Shown here: piece after piece, positions 9,625-19,863 of the stretch
Numbering within the stretch: position 1 is the stretch's first letter
Layout of the letters: each line of letters opens with the position of its first letter
Source: an uncultured Ignavibacteriota bacterium
GTDB lineage: Bacteria; Bacteroidota; Ignavibacteria; UBA10030; UBA8401
Direction: 5' to 3'
DNA length: 64,000 bases
Assembly (NCBI GenBank): GCA_903958625.1
Contig: CAJBTU010000072.1
Span: 4,682 to 68,681 of the forward strand
Translations under genes and position numbers: made by a program
Notes under the pieces: model-generated
What the model was told of the DNA's origin: nothing
Seen by the model: the letters and a program-made list of their open reading frames with translations, nothing else
Databases searched by the model: none

Positions 9625-11223
9625 TTACGCCGGTCTCCGCGGCGGCCTTCTTGTGTTACCCGGTTTTCTTCCTCTGCTTCCTGTGCGGCTGCCTGAAGGG
9701 CGGTCTTTTTTCAATTCTTTTCGCGGAAATATTTCGGTCACCGGTGTAAGCAACGTTTCGTCCGGATAGATGCACTCGATCTTCCGCTTCATAAATTCTT
9801 CCAGTTTCGGAATTTCGTATGAATCCTCTTCGTCCGCAAAACTGATGGCGATGCCGGTTGCGCCGGCGCGCCCCGTGCGACCGATGCGGTGAACAAATTC
9901 TTCCGCATCCTGAGGCATGTTGTAATTGATAACGTGCGAGATCGCGTCAACGTGAAGTCCGCGCGATGCTACATCGGTGGCAACCAGCACGCGCACTTTT
10001 CCTTCGCGGAAATTTTCCAGCCGTTTGATCCTCTGCCGCTGATCGACGTCGCCGGAAAGCACCGTGCAGGGTATGCCGTATGTCTCTAATTTTTCTTTCA
10101 GGTCGCGCCCCACATCGCGGCGGTTCACGAAGATCAAGACCCGTTCCAGATGTTTCTGCTGCATCAGATTGTAGAGAAGCGGGAATTTTTCGTCTTTGGT
10201 GGTGATATAGGTGATCTGTTCGATGGCGGAAACAGCCATCGTATCCGGAGTGACCGTTACTTCAATGGCCTGACGTGTCCACGACTCAGCAAGACGTTTC
10301 ACTTCGGAGTTCATTGTGGCAGTAAAGAACATGGTCTGGCGTTCCGATTTTTGCGGGGTACTCAGCACAATGCTTCTCACGGCCGGAATGAATCCCATGT
10401 CGAGCATTCTGTCCGCTTCATCGATCACAAGAAATTCCGCTTTCCCGAGATCCACGTATTTCTGTTTTTTGAAATCGATCAAACGTCCCGGCGTTGCGAC
10501 AACGATGTCGACCGTTTCGTGTTTCAAGCTTTGCATCTGCTTATTATAGTCGATGCCGCCCACCAGCGAGAGAACGGTGCACGGCGCATATTTTCCAAGC
10601 AAACGCGCATCTTTTTCGATCTGCATCACCAGTTCTCGCGTGGGCGCAAGGATCAGCGCCCGCGGTGTTCCCTTTTTTTGATCCTTGAGAGGATTGCGGA
10701 TGATATGCGAAAAAATTGTAATGAGGAAGGCGGCCGTCTTCCCGGTTCCCGTCTGTGCCTGCGCCGTTACGTCGTCCCCGCGCAATGCAATGGGGAGCGT
10801 TTGAGCCTGAACTTCGGTGCAATACTGAAAATTCAGATCGGCGATCGCATGAAGAATCTCCTGCGGAAGATCGAAATCCTGAAACCGCGTCTTCCCGTCA
10901 ACAACCGGCACTTTGAATAACGACGGATCCCACGGTTCGGAAGGAATGACTACTTTCGGTTTTTCCTTGGCTACCGTAAGAACCTGATCGTTCTCTTTTT
11001 CGCGATCCTGTTTTTCGTGACGCAGTCTGTATTCTTCCCGTGTTTCCCGCTTGCGAATATCCCGCGGATGATGTGTTCCCGCCGGCTTTTCGCTAGGATG
11101 CTTTTTTTGCTGGTGCTGGTGTTGTTTTGGCGATTCTTTTTGCGGTGTTGGTTTGGGAGGAAGAACCGGTTTCGGTTTTACACCGAAGAATGTCTTTAGT
11201 TTTGAGGCAAAATTCTTTAGCAA
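9625..11223 (-). CDS. DEAD-box ATP-dependent RNA helicase with ~130-aa disordered N-terminal extension and RG-rich C-tail
   Basis: Q motif FQYCTEVQ, motif I TGTGKT, motif II VIDEADRMLDMGF, SAT (TAT), HRIGRTGRAG. No in-frame Met between residue 1 and the Q-motif. Confidence 0.85.
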   Translation of the reverse strand: MLKNFASKLKTFFGVKPKPVLPPKPTPQKESPKQHQHQQKKHPSEKPAGTHHPRDIRKRETREEYRLRHEKQDREKENDQVLTVAKEKPKVVIPSEPWDPSLFKVPVVDGKTRFQDFDLPQEILHAIADLNFQYCTEVQAQTLPIALRGDDVTAQAQTGTGKTAAFLITIFSHIIRNPLKDQKKGTPRALILAPTRELVMQIEKDARLLGKYAPCTVLSLVGGIDYNKQMQSLKHETVDIVVATPGRLIDFKKQKYVDLGKAEFLVIDEADRMLDMGFIPAVRSIVLSTPQKSERQTMFFTATMNSEVKRLAESWTRQAIEVTVTPDTMAVSAIEQITYITTKDEKFPLLYNLMQQKHLERVLIFVNRRDVGRDLKEKLETYGIPCTVLSGDVDQRQRIKRLENFREGKVRVLVATDVASRGLHVDAISHVINYNMPQDAEEFVHRIGRTGRAGATGIAISFADEEDSYEIPKLEEFMKRKIECIYPDETLLTPVTEIFPRKELKKDRPSGSRTGSRGRKPGNTRRPPRRPA

Positions 11224-11398
11224 GATAAAATTCCAATAATGAATCTAACGGTAATTGACTGCACTAATATACGAAATTCATTGTTTGCAAGATACTATAT
11301 TCGCCTCTCCCCGTTTCTCTTTACTATTGTCCAGACATGTTCGTTGAAATCAATCCCCCATTAATGTATATTTCCTTAATATAATACGAGAGACGTTC

Positions 11399-13432
11399 AT
11401 GAAAACATTGTTCTTTATCTGTTTAGCAGGTCTTGCGGTTCTTGCTTCATCGCAGGAAAAACCGCAAAAATACTGGATCTATTTTTCGGCCAAAGAGAAC
11501 CTGCCGCTGTCAAAATCTTCCCTTCCGTCCGAGATCACCGCGCTGACGGGGGTATCCGAACGGGCATTGCAGCGAAGAGCGAAGGTTGGTCAACAGATGG
11601 TGACGTCCGAAGATTTTCCAGTTTCCGCTTCAAACCTGACACGGTTTACAGGCCTGGGAATTACAATTGAAAATACCTCGCGATGGTTCAATGCGGTTAC
11701 GGCTTACCTCACCGTTTCACAACTCCGGCAAATAAAAACATTATCATTTGTTCGTTCCATTGAACCGGTAGCAACATTCACGCGAAAAGAATTGCCGCCG
11801 GTAGAGTTGCCGATAAAAACTTTTTCGAAACAGGCCGCTAATAAATTTTCATACGGATTGTCACAGGCACACATGGCTTCGATCAATGCCATTGCTGTAC
11901 ACAACATCGGCATTTCGGGTCGCGGGGTTTTGGTGGGAATGCTCGATACGGGTTTCCGCTGGAAGATCCACGAGGCAATGCTCAATATGAAGGTCGTTGC
12001 CGAATATGATTTTATTCAAAAAGATAATAATACGGCGAACGAAGGAACCGATGCTCTGTCTCAGGATTCGCACGGCACATCGACCATGTCGCTTGTGGGA
12101 GCATACAAAATAGATCAGCTGGTAAGTCCGGCGTTCAGCGCAAATTTCATTCTCGGAAAAACGGAATATGTTCCGTCTGAAACAAATACGGAAGAAGATA
12201 ACTGGGTCGCGGCAATTGAATGGATGGAATCTCAGGGTGTCGATGTCGTCAGTAGTTCGCTCGGCTACAAAGATTTTGATGCCGGGCAGAAGAGTTACGT
12301 GTATGCCGACATGAACGGCAGAACCGCAACAACATCAAAAGCGGCAACCATCGCCGCGCGCAAGGGAGTTGTTGTTGTCAATGCAATGGGAAATGAAGGG
12401 GCTGGTCTCAATCCGCCGTCATTGACAACACCGGCTGATGCGGACAGTATTATTTCTGTCGGCGCAGTGAGCGGCACCGGAATTTTGGCAGGATTCAGCT
12501 CCAACGGACCGACTTCAGACGGAAGGATGAAGCCGGATGTGATGGCGCACGGCATTGGAACATACGCCGCAACGCCAAGCACCAATAAGTATTCAGGCTC
12601 TTCGCAGGGCACATCGCTTTCCACTCCGCTTGTGGCCGGAGTCGCGGCAATGATCCTATCCGCACATCCCGAGCTGACGCCGATACAGGTACGCGATGCA
12701 CTGCGAAACAGTGCAAGCAACGCCACAAAACCGAACAACGATATCGGCTGGGGAATTATTGATGCGTACAAAGCAGTGCTAAGCAGCGGAATGGCGATCA
12801 GCACTGATCCGGAAATTTCGCTGACACAAGACAGCAATTTTTCCATCGGGGTGTTCGTCGTCTCAAAATCGACCGTAAAAAAAGATTCGGTACGTCTTTA
12901 TTATACGACGAATGATGGAGTCACTTTCACGCCGCTAACAATGACGTTAAGCGAAATCGTTGATTCGTCGACGAACTCGGGCAGGTATTCCGCGGTGATG
13001 CCAAAATCAGCGGTAACTCCGCGCTTTTATGTTCGCGCCGTTGATGCAACAAATATTTCCCGCAGAAGTCCTTTTGCGGCGCCGACAGAACTGTACGATG
13101 CAAAGACGGGAACAACCGGAACGATGTCCGTAAATCCTGTTCCGTCAACATATACGCTTCGGCAGAACTACCCCAATCCTTTCAATCCGGTCACGATGAT
13201 AAGTTATGATATTCCCAGAACAAGCAGCGTCACGCTTACAGTGTACGATCTGCTCGGACGGGAAGTAACTACTTTGGTGAACGAGGTGAAAACATTCGGA
13301 AGATATTCTGTTCCGTTCAACGGCACCGGTCTTGCCAGCGGTGTTTATTTTTACCGGCTGCAGACACGCCAAACAGACGGAAGAATAACCGATAATTTTG
13401 TGGAAACAAAACGAATGATGCTGGTGAAATAA
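11399..13432 (+). CDS. subtilisin-like serine protease (S8) with T9SS C-terminal sorting domain
   Basis: Catalytic triad contexts GMLDTGF (D), DSHGTSTMS (H), GTSLSTPLVAG (S). Signal peptide. C-terminus NYPNPFNPVTMISYDIP ... YFYRLQ is the characteristic Por/T9SS CTD. Confidence 0.85.
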   Translation: MKTLFFICLAGLAVLASSQEKPQKYWIYFSAKENLPLSKSSLPSEITALTGVSERALQRRAKVGQQMVTSEDFPVSASNLTRFTGLGITIENTSRWFNAVTAYLTVSQLRQIKTLSFVRSIEPVATFTRKELPPVELPIKTFSKQAANKFSYGLSQAHMASINAIAVHNIGISGRGVLVGMLDTGFRWKIHEAMLNMKVVAEYDFIQKDNNTANEGTDALSQDSHGTSTMSLVGAYKIDQLVSPAFSANFILGKTEYVPSETNTEEDNWVAAIEWMESQGVDVVSSSLGYKDFDAGQKSYVYADMNGRTATTSKAATIAARKGVVVVNAMGNEGAGLNPPSLTTPADADSIISVGAVSGTGILAGFSSNGPTSDGRMKPDVMAHGIGTYAATPSTNKYSGSSQGTSLSTPLVAGVAAMILSAHPELTPIQVRDALRNSASNATKPNNDIGWGIIDAYKAVLSSGMAISTDPEISLTQDSNFSIGVFVVSKSTVKKDSVRLYYTTNDGVTFTPLTMTLSEIVDSSTNSGRYSAVMPKSAVTPRFYVRAVDATNISRRSPFAAPTELYDAKTGTTGTMSVNPVPSTYTLRQNYPNPFNPVTMISYDIPRTSSVTLTVYDLLGREVTTLVNEVKTFGRYSVPFNGTGLASGVYFYRLQTRQTDGRITDNFVETKRMMLVK

Positions 13433-13510
13433 GTGAATACACTTCTGTTCCGAAGCGAGTTGGGAGCAGGATAATTTGACGGTCATTTTTTCCGGCTAAT
13501 ATTTTCTCTT

Positions 13511-13541
13511 CCCCAAGCCATTGGTCTTGGGGGTTTTTATT
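13511..13541 (+). terminator. rho-independent terminator
   Basis: CCCCAAG-ccattggt-CTTGGGG followed by GTTTTTATT. Confidence 0.7.
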
Positions 13542-13557
13542 GTACATTTGTTGCAGT

Positions 13558-15708
13558 ATGAATCTTACTTTTCAAACACCGCTCCCCCTTGTTTTTCTTT
13601 TTGTTATCGTTGCCTTTGCGGTCTCGTTTTATGTGTACCGGTACACCGTTCCGAAAGTCTCTACCGCAAAACGATCCCTCCTGATCGTGCTGCGGGGAAC
13701 GGCGTTGACGCTCATCCTGCTTGCAATCTGCGAGCCGCTCTTCCGGCTTGTTTCCATTGAAGAACGGCCTCCGGCAATCGCTCTTCTTGTGGACAATTCG
13801 CTCAGCATGTCGCAAACGGACGGCGGCGGAAGCAGGGAAAAGATCCTCGTTTCGCTGCTGCAAAGCGGTGCGCTCTCTGACCTTTCCCGCGCCGCAGATC
13901 TCAAAATATTTTCGTTCTCCTATACTGCGAATCCATTGGTCCCCGAATCACTGAAGGTGAACGGAGGAACAACCAATATCTCCTCCGCCCTGCAATCATC
14001 GCTGAAAACGATCGACGACCTTCGTGGAATCATCCTGCTGTCGGATGGAAATTACAATGCCGGAACCAATCCGCTCTATGATGCGGAGAAAAGCCGCCTT
14101 CCGATATTCACCGTGGGCATCGGCGATACGAACGAACAGAAAGATGTTTCCGTTTCGAAGCTGCTGACCAATTCCATCGGTTATGTTGATGCCGCCATTC
14201 CGGTCGATGGAACGATAAAGGCATCGGGCGTTTCACCTCGCACACTTTCCGTCTCGCTTTTGGAGGACGGGAAAAAAATTGCAGAACAGCCTGCGTCAAT
14301 TTCGGCCGCTAACGGTGTTACGGAGATATCGATAAAATTTTCCTATACGCCAAAAAGCGACGGCGTAAAAAAACTTTCCGTAGCCGTGTCGGGGATCGAC
14401 GGGGAAATAACGGAAAAGAACAATAGCCGTTCCGCATTGATAAAAATTCTGAAGAATAAAATGAGCGTCGTCGTCATTGCCGGTGCCGTCAGCGCGGATG
14501 TTGCCGCCGTCATGCAGACGCTCAATGCCGATAAAAATATCGATGCACCGCTCTTTTACCAGCAACCGAACGGGGAATTCAAATCCCAAAAAGAACAAAC
14601 GCAGGTTCAATCCTCGTTGACAAAGGCCGATGCTGTTATTTTGATCGGGTTTCCTACGTCTTCTACTCCCTTGTCATTCGTTCAGCAGTTCATGCAAACG
14701 ATCTCGTCGCGCTCCCTTCCGCTCTTGTTCATCGCAAGCAGAACGCTGGACCTTCAGAAGGTCCGTGCCGTAGAAAAACTGCTGCCGTTCACTGTGGCAT
14801 CGGAGCGAATGGACGAACAGATGGTTCTGCCGATGGTGCCGGAAAAAAATAAATTCCATCAACTGCTGAACAACGATGGTTCGCCCTGGGAGAAACTTCC
14901 CCCCGTTTTCTATTCGCTACAGACATTTTCCGCAAAACCGGAGGCGCAGAATCTTCTCTCTATAAAGATTCAAAATGTGCCGCTGACAAATCCGCTCTTC
15001 CTTGTCCGCAATATCGGGAACAACAAATCCGCCGCACTCCTCGGCTACGGTATTCATCGCTGGAAAGTACTTGCCGGTTCCACGGGCGAAACAAAAGATT
15101 TTTTCAATCAATGGTTCTCCTCGCTGATCCGCTGGCTTGCAACACGTGAGCAGGATAAGTTCCTGCGCGTTGAACCGTCGAAAGAGTTCTACTCGCAGGG
15201 AGAGCAAATCGATTTTTCGGGACAAGTGTACAGCGAAAGCTATCAGCCGCTGGACAATGCCGAGGTTACGGTTTCCGTCCGTTCGCAAAAAGGAAATGAA
15301 CATTTTGAAACAACGCTTTCGTCGATCGGCGCCGGTCTTTATGAGGGAAATATTGAGAATCTTTCCGAAGGGGATTTTACGTATACCGCGACGGCCTTAT
15401 CCAATAAAGACACCATTGGAACAACGCGAGGCAGGATCTCTGTCGGCGAACAGTCGGTTGAATTTGCCGAGACAAAAATGAATAAACCGCTTTTGAAACA
15501 ACTTGCTTCGGTTTCCGGCGGAGAATACGCCGATGCCTCCGCATTCGGTGTGCTTGTAAAAAAAATTCTTGTCCGGAAAGAAATGCAGTTACTGGAGCGG
15601 CCGCTGACAAGTGAATTCGAATTGTGGAACCTGCCGTCATTCTTAACGGTAATCGTTCTTCTGTTCGGCGCCGAATGGATTGTCAGAAAACAGAGCGGGA
15701 TGCTATAA
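13558..15708 (+). CDS. BatA-like von Willebrand factor A domain membrane protein (N-terminal double-TM, C-terminal TM)
   Basis: Two N-terminal TM helices separated by an R/K loop, then AIALLVDNSLSM (DxSxS MIDAS motif), then C-terminal TM FLTVIVLLFGAEWIV. Start moved to the MNLTF Met after the upstream terminator. Confidence 0.65.
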   Translation: MNLTFQTPLPLVFLFVIVAFAVSFYVYRYTVPKVSTAKRSLLIVLRGTALTLILLAICEPLFRLVSIEERPPAIALLVDNSLSMSQTDGGGSREKILVSLLQSGALSDLSRAADLKIFSFSYTANPLVPESLKVNGGTTNISSALQSSLKTIDDLRGIILLSDGNYNAGTNPLYDAEKSRLPIFTVGIGDTNEQKDVSVSKLLTNSIGYVDAAIPVDGTIKASGVSPRTLSVSLLEDGKKIAEQPASISAANGVTEISIKFSYTPKSDGVKKLSVAVSGIDGEITEKNNSRSALIKILKNKMSVVVIAGAVSADVAAVMQTLNADKNIDAPLFYQQPNGEFKSQKEQTQVQSSLTKADAVILIGFPTSSTPLSFVQQFMQTISSRSLPLLFIASRTLDLQKVRAVEKLLPFTVASERMDEQMVLPMVPEKNKFHQLLNNDGSPWEKLPPVFYSLQTFSAKPEAQNLLSIKIQNVPLTNPLFLVRNIGNNKSAALLGYGIHRWKVLAGSTGETKDFFNQWFSSLIRWLATREQDKFLRVEPSKEFYSQGEQIDFSGQVYSESYQPLDNAEVTVSVRSQKGNEHFETTLSSIGAGLYEGNIENLSEGDFTYTATALSNKDTIGTTRGRISVGEQSVEFAETKMNKPLLKQLASVSGGEYADASAFGVLVKKILVRKEMQLLERPLTSEFELWNLPSFLTVIVLLFGAEWIVRKQSGML

Positions 15709-15891
15709 AAGCAATTGCAAAACGACGGTGTGTCAATATTTTTCGTTTCAATGTTGGAAAGTGTGAGCGTTATTAAAAATATTAGGAGCTTTCTCAAAAA
15801 CATTTTTTACGTACGTTTTGAGATGCTTCCGGTGTAACGCCAATTTAACCATATACTATCCCAAAATATTTAACGGCATTTTTCAATTATT

Positions 15892-16266
15892 ATGAAACGT
15901 TCCCTACTGCTTCTCGGTTCGCTTTTCGCCTTCTTCGGTGTGGCGTTCGGCGCTTTCGGTGCGCACGGTTTGAAAGCGATTCTTGCTCCGGATATGCTTG
16001 CCATCTTTGACACGGCCGTCCGCTACCAGATATATCATGCCTTCGGCATCATCATCGCTTCGTTTCTGGCGGAAGAGCATCGCTTAGCGGGAACAGCGGG
16101 ACGATTGTTCGGGGTAGGAATATTGCTTTTCAGCGGCAGTCTTTATGTGCTTTCGTTAACGGGAATTCGGTCGTTTGGAATAGTGACCCCGTTCGGCGGA
16201 TTTTGTTTTCTCGGCGGATGGTATCTTTTGTTCTTAGCCGCTTATAAAATGCAGAAGGAACGCTGA
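15892..16266 (+). CDS. DUF423 (YgdD-like) small membrane protein
   Basis: GAFGAHGL motif and a 4-TM 124-aa protein. Confidence 0.7.
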   Translation: MKRSLLLLGSLFAFFGVAFGAFGAHGLKAILAPDMLAIFDTAVRYQIYHAFGIIIASFLAEEHRLAGTAGRLFGVGILLFSGSLYVLSLTGIRSFGIVTPFGGFCFLGGWYLLFLAAYKMQKER

Positions 16267-16476
16267 GATCTGTTTTCCTGCTGCAAAATTAAACGAATCC
16301 TTCAATGACTGTCGGGTTTTCAATCCTTGATGACGGTTGTGCAATTATTTCCGTATATTGTAATAATTAAACGATGGTGATAAAGAAGTTGCATCCGGCA
16401 CAGACCTCTATCGTTTAAAGACAAAGAATTTCGGTGATACAATAATCCTATAACGATAATAACGGAGGAACTACTT

Positions 16477-17220
16477 ATGATGCGTACGGCAAATCCGGCG
16501 TTGAACGACAAAACATTTGAACAAATCGGCACGGGTCAATACGCCGATACAATGACTGTACAGGGAACGGTGAATAAAACGGGCATGATGCTTCTGCTTC
16601 TTGTTGCCGGTGCCGCTTATACCTGGAGCTTGTTCCTCGAAGGAAACACCGGGTCTCTCTCGCTATGGATGATGGCCGGCGTTATCGGCGGAATGATTGT
16701 TGCGTTTGTCACCGTCTTTAAAAAACAGTGGTCTCCTGTTACTGCTCCGTTGTATGCCGTGCTTGAAGGTTTTGCGCTCGGCGGAATTTCCGCGATTCTG
16801 GAATCCGTTTACCCGAATATTGTAATTCAGGCGGTTGCCTTGACCTTTGGAACGGCAGGATGTTTGTTGATCGCCTACAAGTCCGGCATGATCAAGGCAA
16901 CAGAGAATTTCAAATTGGGCATCTTCGCGGCAACAGGCGGCATTGCGGTCATCTATATGGTCGGATGGATCATGAGCTTCTTCGGGACATCGATACCGTA
17001 TATCCATGAGAACGGTTTGATCGGCATCGGATTTAGTCTTGTTGTGGTCGTGATTGCGGCATTGAACCTCGTTCTGGACTTTGATTTTATCGAAAAGGGT
17101 GCGGAACACGGTGCCCCGAAATTCATGGAATGGTACGCCGCCTTTGGATTGATGGTAACATTGATCTGGCTCTATATCGAGATCTTGCGTCTCCTTTCAA
17201 AATTGAACAGCAGAAAATGA
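16477..17220 (+). CDS. Bax inhibitor-1/YccA (TMBIM) family membrane protein
   Basis: 247 aa, 7 predicted TM segments, charged C-terminus. Strong SD GGAGGA 6 nt upstream. Confidence 0.65.
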   Translation: MMRTANPALNDKTFEQIGTGQYADTMTVQGTVNKTGMMLLLLVAGAAYTWSLFLEGNTGSLSLWMMAGVIGGMIVAFVTVFKKQWSPVTAPLYAVLEGFALGGISAILESVYPNIVIQAVALTFGTAGCLLIAYKSGMIKATENFKLGIFAATGGIAVIYMVGWIMSFFGTSIPYIHENGLIGIGFSLVVVVIAALNLVLDFDFIEKGAEHGAPKFMEWYAAFGLMVTLIWLYIEILRLLSKLNSRK

Positions 17221-17228
17221 TTTCTTGT

Positions 17229-17266
17229 ATCCCCGGGGCCGCAACGGCTTCGGGGATATTCTTTTT
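17229..17266 (+). terminator. rho-independent terminator
   Basis: ATCCCCGGGGCCG-caa-CGGCTTCGGGGAT stem followed by ATTCTTTTTG. Confidence 0.7.
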
Positions 17267-17374
17267 GTCTCACCCGTTGAACCATTTCCCCCTTTTTCTC
17301 GTCTAAATTGTAACATTGTAACTCCCTTCAAGTTTTTTTATCTTTCAATAAATAGTGAAAGGAATTATCGCTGT

Positions 17375-19084
17375 ATGATGAAGCGTTGCGTATGGTATTG
17401 TGCTACTGGAATCCTCCTTGTGATCGCCGGCTGCTCTTCGAGCAAAGAATCCGCTGAAACAAATGCTGTTCAGCCCTCCGAATCGCAGGAAAACGAGCAG
17501 AACCGCTCCACGGCGATGCAGTTGTTCATAGACGGTTCGCTGAAAGAAAGCAAAGGACAGTTTGCCGAAGCGATCCTTGATTATCAGGATGCTCTGCGGT
17601 TTGATCATGATCCTGCAATATTTTTCGCGATGGCGAAAAGTTATGCTCAGTTGCGTCGTTTTGCCCCTGCGGCAGAAAATGCGGTTATGGCGATACAACA
17701 CGATCTTTCGAAGATAGAATATCGTGACTTGCTTGCACAGATCTACCTTAACTCCGGCCAGTTTGATAAAGCGGCGATTGAATACCGGACCATTCTTCAG
17801 ATCGACCCGCAGAATGTCGCTGCAACCTTTACTCTTGCACAATTGCTGGAACGCGTAAAACCGCTTGAGGCTTTGGAACTGTATAATTCTCTTCTCGTCC
17901 GTCAGGGACCTACATGGGAAGTACTGCTCCAGATCGCGCAGCTGAATTCCGCTCTGCAGCGGTACGATAAATCCATTGAAGCGTTGGAACAGATGCAAAA
18001 GATCGATCCGGGCAATCTTGCCGTGAAACAGAATCTTGCCGAAGTGTATATCCGGGTAAAGAATTACGACAAAGCACGCGGACTGCTGAACGATGTGCTG
18101 GAAAAAAATCCGGCCAACATCATGCTCCGGGCAACACTGGCCGACGTTTATCTGCAGCAGAACGATTGGGTTTCTGCAAGGAAAGAATTATTCACGGTCC
18201 TGCAGTCCGACTCGCTTGATCCCGACACGCATCTGCGCATTGGCGTTGCCTTCTACGCTCAAACATTGAAGGACACGCTCGTCATTCCGGAGGCGATCAG
18301 TGTTTTCAAGAAATATGAAAAGAATTTCCCGGCTGATGCGCGGCCGTACGTGTATCTCGGCGTGCTGCACCGCGGCATTAAAAAAGATTCCGTAGCAGAA
18401 CAATATTTCACCCGTGCAACACAATCGTCAAATTGGAACGGTGATGCATGGTGGCAGCTTGGCTGGATGTATTTTGACAAGCAGGATTTCAAAGAGACAA
18501 TCAGCATTATGAACAAGGCAAAGCAGTACATCTCCGATGATTTCCGGATCTATATGCTGCTGGGTATCGCCTACAACCGCTCCGGAATGAATCAGGATTC
18601 CCGCGTGGCGCTTGAGCGGGCCGTTGAGTTGAATCCGGCAGACCTGAACGCTCTCTCGTCGCTCGGGCTCACTTACGATGCGCTGACGATGCATGCCGAA
18701 TCGGATTCTGCATACGAGCGGGCGCTGAGGATCGATCCAAAATTCCCCCTGGTGCTGAATAACTACGCGTACAGTTTATCGGAACGCGGATTGCAGCTTG
18801 AGCGTGCGGAAAAAATGTCAAAAGAATCCCTCGCTGCCGATTCTCTTAATCCGTCGTATCTCGATACCTATGGATGGATACTCTTCCAAAAAGGAAAATA
18901 TGCTGAGGCGCTGCCGAATATTCAAAAAGCGGTCGATCTGGGCGATGCAAGTCCGGTTGTGCTTGAACACCTTGGTGATGTATATGATAAACTGAACCGT
19001 GCGGACGAAGCGAAAAAATATTGGAAGAAAGCGTTGGAGAAGGACCAGAATAATTCTGCGTTGAAAGAAAAGGCTGCCCGGTGA
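17375..19084 (+). CDS. tetratricopeptide-repeat lipoprotein
   Basis: Lipobox LVIAGC. Multiple TPR-like repeats (AxxAxxYxxxG patterns) throughout. The longer ORF from 17225 is rejected because it would span the terminator. Confidence 0.75.
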   Translation: MMKRCVWYCATGILLVIAGCSSSKESAETNAVQPSESQENEQNRSTAMQLFIDGSLKESKGQFAEAILDYQDALRFDHDPAIFFAMAKSYAQLRRFAPAAENAVMAIQHDLSKIEYRDLLAQIYLNSGQFDKAAIEYRTILQIDPQNVAATFTLAQLLERVKPLEALELYNSLLVRQGPTWEVLLQIAQLNSALQRYDKSIEALEQMQKIDPGNLAVKQNLAEVYIRVKNYDKARGLLNDVLEKNPANIMLRATLADVYLQQNDWVSARKELFTVLQSDSLDPDTHLRIGVAFYAQTLKDTLVIPEAISVFKKYEKNFPADARPYVYLGVLHRGIKKDSVAEQYFTRATQSSNWNGDAWWQLGWMYFDKQDFKETISIMNKAKQYISDDFRIYMLLGIAYNRSGMNQDSRVALERAVELNPADLNALSSLGLTYDALTMHAESDSAYERALRIDPKFPLVLNNYAYSLSERGLQLERAEKMSKESLAADSLNPSYLDTYGWILFQKGKYAEALPNIQKAVDLGDASPVVLEHLGDVYDKLNRADEAKKYWKKALEKDQNNSALKEKAAR

Positions 19085-19863
19085 ACAGTGTGAGACACAC
19101 AAAACTCCTTCCCGTCATCCTCCTCTCCTTTTTTTTAGGATGCGCCACGGCGCCAAAAATAGTCGTCAACGATGCAATGACGGTAGATGAACTGCGCTAC
19201 CGCCTTCTGCAAACGGCCGATTCGTTGAAGGATTTTTCCGCGGAAGGATCGATCACGATTGTTGCGCCCTCCATGAATCAATCGGCAGGATTCGAGGTCT
19301 CCGCTCGCAAAACGGATTCGCTGAAAATGTCTGTCTTTGGTCCATTTGGAATCACCGTCGGCTCGGCATTATTTACTCGCAACGAATTCACCGCTTATAA
19401 TGCTCTCAACAATACTGTCTACCGCGGTGCTCCGGAAAAACAACTGCGCATGCTCCCGTTTGTCAAAGATATTCCGTTTGAACTGCTTGTCGGTTCACTG
19501 CAGGGCATTCATCCTTTTCGTTCAGCTTCCATAATCGATAGTTTTGAGACAGGGTCAGGGCGCACACCTTCGTTCACCGTTATCAACAACGACGGATCGT
19601 TCGACAAATTCAGGTATGACGAAAATTCAAACCGCATTACGCAGTGTATTCGGAGGAACGGCGACAGCAAGATTCTTTGGAGCGTCAACTACCGGTACAA
19701 ACGTCTTGACGACGGCAGCTTTGTCCCTGAACAGGTTGAGGTGAATGTTCCATCAAAAGAAACAACGCTTCTGCTGGATTATGCCGGCGTAACCTACGGG
19801 GCTATTTCCCCGGCATTAACAATTTCCTATCCTGACGATGCAGAGATCATCACAATAGAATGA
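19081..19863 (+). CDS. LolA-like/DUF4292-like lipoprotein
   Basis: GTG start overlapping the TPR stop (GTGA). Lipobox FFLGCATAP. Size and context (TPR upstream, M23 downstream) match the Bacteroidetes DUF4292 arrangement as I recall it. Confidence 0.5.
   Translation: MNSVRHTKLLPVILLSFFLGCATAPKIVVNDAMTVDELRYRLLQTADSLKDFSAEGSITIVAPSMNQSAGFEVSARKTDSLKMSVFGPFGITVGSALFTRNEFTAYNALNNTVYRGAPEKQLRMLPFVKDIPFELLVGSLQGIHPFRSASIIDSFETGSGRTPSFTVINNDGSFDKFRYDENSNRITQCIRRNGDSKILWSVNYRYKRLDDGSFVPEQVEVNVPSKETTLLLDYAGVTYGAISPALTISYPDDAEIITIE

Noticed and set aside
15781-15825. Inverted repeat TCTCAAAA-n16-TTTTGAGA after the vWA gene
   Set aside because: The stem is AT-only and only 8 bp with a long loop and no following T-run. 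It is insufficient to call a terminator.
16267-16476. 210-bp leader upstream of the BI-1/YccA gene with a partial inverted repeat AAACGATGG...CTATCGTTT, considered as a possible riboswitch
   Set aside because: It does not resemble any riboswitch consensus I can recall, and the inverted repeat is imperfect. It is most likely an ordinary promoter/5' UTR.
17225-17374. Upstream extension of the TPR gene ORF
   Set aside because: It would span the strong terminator at 17229-17266. The downstream ATG at 17375 has an AAAGGAA RBS and gives a proper lipoprotein signal.
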